This document shows, piece by piece, positions 55,336 through 64,000 of a DNA stretch of 64,000 nt. The first letter of the stretch is position 1, and every line of letters begins with the position of its first letter. The DNA lies in NCBI RefSeq assembly GCF_009914755.1, contig NC_060948.1; one strand, written 5' to 3'. The notes beneath the pieces were generated by a model. That model was given only the letters and a program-made list of their open reading frames with translations. It ran no database searches and was not told where the DNA came from. The stretch is from the human T2T-CHM13v2.0 reference genome, Homo sapiens. The position numbers and the translations under genes were made by a program.

Positions 55336-58300
55336 GAATTCATTGGAATGGAAGGGAATGTAGTGTAATGGACAGGCCTGGAATAAAGTGGAATGCTACG
55401 GTCTCGAATGGAATAAAAATGTATGGAATGGAATGCAATGAAACGGAATCGAATGTCATAGAATGTAATGGAATGCAAAAAAATGGAATCCAAAATCATT
55501 GACTGGAAAGGCTGGGTGTCGAAAGGAATTGACTCCAATGGAATGGAATCGAATGGAATGGAAGTGAATAGAATCGAACTAAATCGAATGGAATGGAATT
55601 GATAGGAACGGAATGGAAAGGAATGCAATGATTTGGCATGGAATGGAATCGAATGGCATCGAATGGAATGGAATGGAATGCAATGGAATGGAATGTATTA
55701 GAATGTAATGAACTTTAATGGAATGTACTCGAATGGATTCGACTGGAATGGAATGTTCTGGAAGTGAATGGACTCCAATGGAATGGATTCAAAAGGAATG
55801 GAATCGTACGGAATGGAATCTAATGGAATGGAATTAAATGGAAATGAATCAAATTGAATAGCACGGAATTGAATTGAATGGAATGGAATGCAATGGAATC
55901 TAATGAAACGGAAAGGAAAGGAATGGAATGGAATGGAATGGGCTGGAATGGAAAGGAATCGAAACGAATGGAATGGAATCGAAGTGAAGAGACTGGAATG
56001 GAATGCACTGGAATGGAAGGGAGTGTAATGGAAGGTTCTCGAAAAAAATGGAATCGAATGGAATGGAATTGAATGGAACGGAATAGAGTCGAATGGAATT
56101 GAATGGAATGGAATGGACTAGAGTGAAATGGAATCGAACCACAAGGAATGGACAGGAATAGAATGGTCTCGAATTGAATGGAATCGTATGGAATGGCATC
56201 AAACGGAATGGAATGGACAGCCACGGAATGGAATGCACTCGAATGCAATGGAGTCGAAACTAATGGACTGGAATAGAATGGACTCGACTGGTACGGACTC
56301 CAATGGAATGGAATCGAATGGAAGGGAATCGAACGGAATGGACTCGAAGGGAAAAGACTGCAATGGAAAGGTCTCGAATGGAATGGAAATTAATGGAATG
56401 GAATGGAATCGAATGAAATGGAGTCAAAAGGAATGGAATCGAATGGCAAGAAATCGAATGTAATGGAATCGCAAGGAATTGATGTGAACGGAACGGAATG
56501 GAATGGAATCCAAAGGAATGGAATAGAATGGAATGGAATCGAATGGAAAGGACTCGAATGGAAATCACTCGAATAGAATGCAATTTAATAAAATAGGATC
56601 AAATGTAATGGAATGGAATGGAAAGGAATCGAAACGAAAGGAATGGAGACAGATGGAATGGAATGGAACAGAGTGCAATGGTATAGAATGGAATGGAATC
56701 ATCTGGAATGGAATTGAATGGAATGGAATAATATGAAATGGAATGGAATGGAATGGAATGGAATGCCCTTGAATTAAATGGACTGGAATGGAATGGACTC
56801 GAACAGAGTGGAATGGAAAGTGTTGAGATAGAATGGAATGGACTCCTTTGGAATGGTGTAGTATGCAATGCAATCGACTGGCAGGGAATCAAAAGGAATG
56901 TAATGGAATGGATTGGACTGGAATGCAATGGACTCGAATAGATTGGAAACGGAATGCAAAGGAATGGAATGGAATAGTATGGAATGGAATGGAAAGGAAT
57001 GGAGTGGAATAGACTAGAGTGGAATGGAATGGACTGGAAAGCAATGGACTGGAATGGAACTTTCTTGAATGGACTGGAATCAAACGGAATGGAATGCAAT
57101 GCAATCAAATGGCATGGAATAAAATAGAATGAAAGAGAATCAAATGGAATTGAATCGAATGGAATCGAATGGATTGGAAAGGAATAGAATGGAATGGAAT
57201 TGAATTGACTCAAATGGAATGGACTAGAATGGAATGGATTCGAATGGAAGGCAAAGGAATGGAATCTATTGGAATGGACTGTAATGGAATGGAATGGAAG
57301 GGATTGGAATGGACTCGAATGGAATGGACTGCAATAGAAAGGATTCGAATGGAATGAAAAAGAATTGAATGGAATAGAACAGAATGGAATCAAATCGAAT
57401 GAAATGGAATGGAATAGAAAGGAATGGAATGAAATGGAATGGAAAGGATTCGAATGGAATGCAATCGAATGGAATGGAATCGAACGGAATGGAATAAAAT
57501 GGAAGAAAACTGGCAAGAAATGGAATCGAAATGAATGGAGTGTTATGGAACGGACTCAAAAGGAATTGAATGTAATAGAATGGAGTGGAGTGGACTCGAA
57601 TATAATGGACTGGAATGGAATGAAATCACAAGGAATGGGAACGAATGGAATGGAATGGAAAGGAATGGAATCGAATGGAAAGGAATCGAATGGAAGGGAA
57701 TGAAATTGAATCAACAGGAATGGAAGGGAATAGAATAGACGGTAATGGAATGGACTCGAATAGAATGGACACGAATGCTCAAATTGAATGGACTCGACTG
57801 GAATGGAAACGAAAGGAATGTCATCGAATGGAATTGAATGGATTGGAATGAAATCGCATAGAATGGAGTGGAATCAAATGGAATTGAATCGAAAGGAAAG
57901 GAAGCGAATGGACTGAAATGAAATGGAATGGAATTGAATGGAAAGTAATGCAATGGAATAGAATGGAACGAAATTTCACGGAATGGAATCAAACTGAATG
58001 GAATCAAATCAATGGAATCAAATCAAATGGAATGGAAAGGAATTGAATGGAGTAGATTGGATTGGATGGGATTGGAATGAAATGTACTGGAAAGGACTCG
58101 AATTTCATGAAACGGAATGGAATGAATTGGAACGGAATGGACTCGAATGGAATGGAATGTCATGGAATGGCATCAAATGGAATGGCATCAAATGGAATGG
58201 AATCGAATGCAATGGAATGCTATGGAATGGAATGGAATGCATTGGAATGGAATGTCCTGTAATGGAATGGATTCGAGTGGAATGGAATCGAATATAATGG

Positions 58301-58899
58301 AGTCGAATGAAATGGAATTGAAAGGAATGGGATCGAATACAATGGAATATACTGGAATGTAATGTAATGAACTCGAATGTAATTGACTGGAATGGAATGT
58401 ACATGAATGGAATGTAATCGAATGGAAAGTAATCCAATGGAATAGAATCTAATGCAATAAAATCGACTCAGATAGAGTAGAATGTAATGGAATGGAGTGC
58501 AGTGCAATGGAATGGAATGGAATGGAATGCAATGGAATGGAATGGAATGGAATGGAATGGAATGGGATGGAATGGGATGGAATGGTATGGAATGGATAGT
58601 AATGGACTGGAGTGTAATGGACTGGAAAGGAATGGACTCAAATTGAAAGGGCTCGAAAGGAATGGAGTCAAATGGAATGGTCTGGAATGGAATGAACACG
58701 AATGTAATGCAATCCAATAGAATGGAATCGAATGGCATGGAATATAAAGAAATGGAATCGAAGAGAATGGAAACAAATGGAATGGAATTGAATGGAATGG
58801 AATTGAATGGAATGGGAACGAATGGAGTGAAATTGTATGCAGTAGAAGGGAATAGAATGGAATGCAAGCGAAAGGAAAGGAATGGATTGGAATGGAATG
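55336..58899. repeat. DYZ1 EcoRI unit 16, 3,564 bp (-5)
   Basis: GAATTC at 55336 and 58900. Confidence 0.9.
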
Positions 58900-61800
58900 G
58901 AATTCATTGGAATGGAAGGGAATGTAGTGTAATGGACAGGCCTGGAATAAAGTGGAATGCTACGGTCTCGAATGGAATAAAAATGTATGGAATGGAATGC
59001 AATGAAACGGAATCGAATGTCATAGAATGTAATGGAATGCAAAAAAATGGAATCCAAAATCATTGACTGGAAAGGCTGGGTGTCGAAAGGAATTGACTCC
59101 AATGGAATGGAATCGAATGGAATGGAAGTGAATAGAATCGAACTAAATCGAATGGAATGGAATTGATAGGAACGGAATGGAAAGGAATGCAATGATTTGG
59201 CATGGAATGGAATCGAATGGCATCGAATGGAATGGAATGGAATGCAATGGAATGGAATGTATTAGAATGTAATGAACTTTAATGGAATGTACTCGAATGG
59301 ATTCGACTGGAATGGAATGTTCTGGAAGTGAATGGACTCCAATGGAATGGATTCAAAAGGAATGGAATCGTACGGAATGGAATCTAATGGAATGGAATTA
59401 AATGGAAATGAATCAAATTGAATAGCACGGAATTGAATTGAATGGAATGGAATGCAATGGAATCTAATGAAACGGAAAGGAAAGGAATGGAATGGAATGG
59501 AATGGGCTGGAATGGAAAGGAATCGAAACGAATGGAATGGAATCGAACTGAAGAGACTGGAATGGAATGCACTGGAATGGAAGGGAGTGTAATGGAAGGT
59601 TCTCGAAAAAAATGGAATGGAATGGAATGGAATTGAATGGAACGGAATAGAGTCGAATGGAATTGAATGGAATGGAATGGACTAGAGTGAAATGGAATCG
59701 AACCACAAGGAATGGACAGGAATAGAATGGTCTCGAATTGAATGGAATCGTATGGAATGGCATCAAACGGAATGGAATGGACAGCCACGGAATGGAATGC
59801 ACTCGAATGCAATGGAGTCGAAACTAATGGACTGGAATAGAATGGACTCGACTGGTACGGACTCCAATGGAATGGAATCGAATGGAAGGGAATCGAACGG
59901 AATGGACTCGAAGGGAAAAGACTGCAATGGAAAGGTCTCGAATGGAATGGAAATTAATGGAATGGAATGGAATCGAATGAAAAGGAGTCAAAAGGAATGG
60001 AATCGAATGGCAAGAAATCGAATGTAATGGAATCGCAAGGAATTGATGTGAACGGAACGGAATGGAATGGAATCCAAAGGAATGGAATAGAATGGAATGG
60101 AATCGAATGGAAAGGACTCGAATGGAAATCACTCGAATAGAATGCAATTTAATAAAATAGGATCAAATGTAATGGAATGGAATGGAAAGGAATCGAAACG
60201 AAAGGAATGGAGACAGATGGAATGGAATGGAACAGAGAGCAATGGTATAGAATGGAATGGAATCATCTGGAATGGAATTGAATGGAATGGAATAATATGA
60301 AATGGAATGGAATGGAATGGAATGAAATGCCCTTGAATTAAATGGACTGGAATGGAATGGACTCGAACAGAGTGGAATGGAAAGTGTTGAGATAGAATGG
60401 AATGGACTCCTTTGGAATGGTGTAGTATGCAATGCAATCGACTGGCAGGGAATCAAAAGGAATGTAATGGAATGGATTGGACTGGAATGCAATGGACTCG
60501 AATAGATTGGAAACGGAATGCAAAGGAATGGAATGGAATAGTATGGAATGGAATGGAAAGGAATGGAGTGGAATAGACTAGAGTGGAATGCAATGGACTG
60601 GAAAGCAATGGACTGGAATGGAACTTTCTTGAATGGACTGGAATCAAACGGAATGGAATGCAATGCAATCAAATGGCATGGAATAAAATAGAATGAAAGA
60701 GAATCAAATGGAATTGAATCGAATGGAATCGAATGGATTGGAAAGGAATAGAATGGAATGGAATGGAATGGACTAGAATGGAATGGATTCGAATGGAAGG
60801 CAAAGGAATGGAATCTATTGGAATGGACTGTAATGGAATGGAATGGAAGGGATTGGAATGGACTCGAATGGAATGGACTGCAATAGAAAGGATTCGAATG
60901 GAATGAAAAAGAATTGAATGGAATAGAACAGAATGGAATCAAATCGAATGAAATGGAATGGAATAGAAAGGAATGGAATGAAATGGAATGGAAAGGATTC
61001 GAATGGAATGCAATCGAATGGAATGGAATCGAACGGAATGGAATAAAATGGAAGAAAACTGGCAAGAAATGGAATCGAAATGAATGGAGTGTTATGGAAC
61101 GGACTCAAAAGGAATTGAATGTAATAGAATGGAGTGGAGTGGACTCGAATATAATGGACTGGAATGGAATGAAATCACATGGAATGGGAACGAATGGAAT
61201 GGAATGGAAAGGAATGGAATCGAATGGAAAGGAATCGAATGGAAGGGAATGAAATTGAATCAACAGGAATGGAAGGGAATAGAATAGACGGTAATGGAAT
61301 GGACTCGAATAGAATGGACACGAATGCTGAAATTGAATGGACTCGAATGGAATGGAAACGAAAGGAATGTCATCGAATGGAATTGAATCGATTGGAATGA
61401 AATCGCATAGAATGGAGTGGAATCAAATGGAATTGAATCGAAAGGAAAGGAAGCGAATGGACTGAAATGAAATGGAATGGAATTGAATGGAAAGTAATGC
61501 AATGGAATAGAATGGAACGAAATTTCACGGAATGGAATCAAACTGAATGGAATCAAATCAATGGAATCAAATCAAATGGAATGGAAAGGAATTGAATGGA
61601 GTAGATTGGATTGGATGGGATTGGAATGAAATGTACTGGAAAGGACTCGAATTTCATGAAACGGAATGGAATGAATTGGAACGGAATGGACTCGAATGGA
61701 ATGGAATGTCATGAAATGGCATCAAATGGAATGGCATCAAATGGAATGGAATCGAATGCAATGGAATGCTATGGAATGGAATGGAATGCATTGGAATGGA

Positions 61801-62458
61801 ATGTCCTCTAATGGAATGGATTCGAGTGGAATGGAATCGAATATAATGGAGTCGAATGAAATGGAATTGAAAGGAATGGGATCGAATACAATGGAATATA
61901 CTGGAATGTAATGTAATGAACTCGAATGTAATTGACTGGAATGGAATGTACATGAATGGAATGTAATCGAATGGAAAGTAATCCAATGGAATAGAATCTA
62001 ATGCAATAAAATCGACTCAGATAGAGTAGAATGTAATGGAATGGAGTGCAGTGCAATGGAATGGAATGGAATGGAATGCAATGGAATGGAATGGAATGGA
62101 ATGGAATGGAATGGAATGGAATGGGATGGAATGGGATGGAATGGTATGGAATGGATAGTAATGGACTGGAGTGTAATGGACTGGAAAGGAATGGACTCAA
62201 ATTGAAAGGGCTCGAAAGGAATGGAGTCAAATGGAATGGTCTGGAATGGAATGAACACGAATGTAATGCAATCCAATAGAATGGAATCGAATGGCATGGA
62301 ATATAAAGAAATGGAATCGAAGAGAATGGAAACAAATGGAATGGAATTGAATGGAATGGAATTGAATGGAATGGGAACGAATGGAGTGAAATTGTATGCA
62401 GTAGAAGGGAATAGAATGGAATGCAAGCGAAAGGAAAGGAATGGATTGGAATGGAATG
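58900..62458. repeat. DYZ1 EcoRI unit 17, 3,559 bp (-15, +5)
   Basis: GAATTC at 58900 and 62459; 15-bp deletion near 60770; extra pentamer near 62.1 kb. Confidence 0.9.
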
Positions 62459-64000
62459 GAATTCATTGGAATGGAAGGGAATGTAGTGTAATGGACAGGC
62501 CTGGAATAAAGTGGAATGCTACGGTCTCGAATGGAATAAAAATGTATGGAATGGAATGCAATGAAACGGAATCGAATGTCATAGAATGTAATGGAATGCA
62601 AAAAAATGGAATCCAAAATCATTGACTGGAAAGGCTGGGTGTCGAAAGGAATTGACTCCAATGGAATGGAATCGAATGGAATGGAAGTGAATAGAATCGA
62701 ACTAAATCGAATGGAATGGAATTGATAGGAACGGAATGGAAAGGAATGCAATGATTTGGCATGGAATGGAATCGAATGGCATCGAATGGAATGGAATGGA
62801 ATGCAATGGAATGGAATGTATTAGAATGTAATGAACTTTAATGGAATGTACTCGAATGGATTCGACTGGAATGGAATGTTCTGGAAGTGAATGGACTCCA
62901 ATGGAATGGATTCAAAAGGAATGGAATCGTACGGAATGGAATCTAATGGAATGGAATTAAATGGAAATGAATCAAATTGAATAGCACGCAATTGAATTGA
63001 ATGGAATGGAATGCAATGGAATCTAATGAAACGGAAAGGAAAGGAATGGAATGGAATGGAATGGGCTGGAATGGAAAGGAATCGAAACGAATGGAATGGA
63101 ATCGAACTGAAGAGACTGGAATGGAATGCACTGGAATGGAAGGGAGTGTAATGGAAGGTTCTCGAAAAAAATGGAATGGAATGGAATGGAATTGAATGGA
63201 ACGGAATAGAGTCGAATGGAATTGAATGGAATGGAATGGACTAGAGTGAAATGGAATCGAACCACAAGGAATGGACAGGAATAGAATGGTCTCGAATTGA
63301 ATGGAATCGTATGGAATGGCATCAAACGGAATGGAATGGACAGCCACGGAATGGAATGCACTCGAATGCAATGGAGTCGAAACTAATGGACTGGAATAGA
63401 ATGGACTCGACTGGTACGGACTCCAATGGAATGGAATCGAATGGAAGGGAATCGAACGGAATGGACTCGAAGGGAAAAGACTGCAATGGAAAGGTCTCGA
63501 ATGGAATGGAAATTAATGGAATGGAATGGAATCGAATGAAATGGAGTCAAAAGGAATGGAATCGAATGGCAAGAAATCGAATGTAATGGAATCACAAGGA
63601 ATTGATGTGAACGGAACGGAATGGAATGGAATCCAAAGGAATGGAATAGAATGGAATGGAATCGAATGGAAAGGACTCGAATGGAAATCACTCGAATAGA
63701 ATGCAATTTAATAAAATAGGATCAAATGTAATGGAATGGAATGGAAAGGAATCCAAACGAAAGGAATGGAGACAGATGGAATGGAATGGAACAGAGAGCA
63801 ATGGTATAGAATGGAATGGAATCATCTGGAATGGAATTGAATGGAATGGAATAATATGAAATGGAATGGAATGGAATGGAATGGAATGCCCTTGAATTAA
63901 ATGGACTGGAATGGAATGGACTCGAACAGAGTGGATTGGAAAGTGTTGAGATAGAATGGAATGGACTCCTTTGGAATGGTGTAGTATGCAATGCAATCGA
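62459..64000. repeat. Partial DYZ1 unit (truncated by window end)
   Basis: Begins at GAATTC 62459 and is collinear with the other units. Confidence 0.9.

Larger units (their letters stand above)
1..64000. repeat. DYZ1: Human satellite 3 array, DYZ1 (Yq12-type) ~3.57-kb tandem repeat, ~18 units; GGAAT strand on +
   Basis: Diverged GGAAT pentamers run throughout. Distinctive landmarks (GAATTCATTGG, GGACAGGCCTGG, GGCTGGGTGTCGAAAGG) recur every ~3,569 bp. One EcoRI and one HaeIII site per unit fits the classical DYZ1 HaeIII/EcoRI monomer. The Y assignment comes from recognition of these properties, not from an alignment. Confidence 0.95.

Noticed and set aside
1800-62458. CRISPR-like or coded repeat-spacer array
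   Set aside because: There is no constant repeat with unique spacers; whole 3.57-kb units repeat almost identically.
161-63996. All other MEWNG- or FHSIP-type ORFs in the track
   Set aside because: These are low-complexity pentamer translations that overlap in several frames on both strands, with no coding signature.
1-64000. Inversion, DYZ2/Alu or L1 insertion, or non-satellite island
   Set aside because: No CATTC-strand segment or foreign sequence was seen, and all EcoRI-unit lengths are fully explained by the small indels listed.

Overview
The whole 64 kb is one uninterrupted, single-orientation block of human satellite 3, a diverged (GGAAT)n repeat. It is organised as about 18 head-to-tail, near-identical units of about 3.57 kb (modal 3,569 bp; range 3,519-3,583 bp). 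Each unit has one EcoRI site and one HaeIII/StuI site. This matches DYZ1, the 3.4-3.6 kb HSat3 repeat of human Yq12 heterochromatin. I see no genes, transposons, DYZ2/Alu interruptions or inversions, and every listed ORF is an artefact of translating the pentamer. I do not see a new protein-coding system. Three things are worth a second look. (1) Each unit carries three perfect, in-phase heat-shock elements (nGAAnnTTCnnGAAn), 52 in the window by my reading, and one is removed by a 50-bp deletion. (2) Shared variants show multi-unit duplications (a 10,715-bp 3-unit period, plus 2- and 4-unit offsets) and mosaic, recombinant units. (3) A small set of indels (+8, +14, -15, -50, +/-5n) accounts exactly for every unit length. 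Variant positions were read by eye and should be confirmed by alignment.
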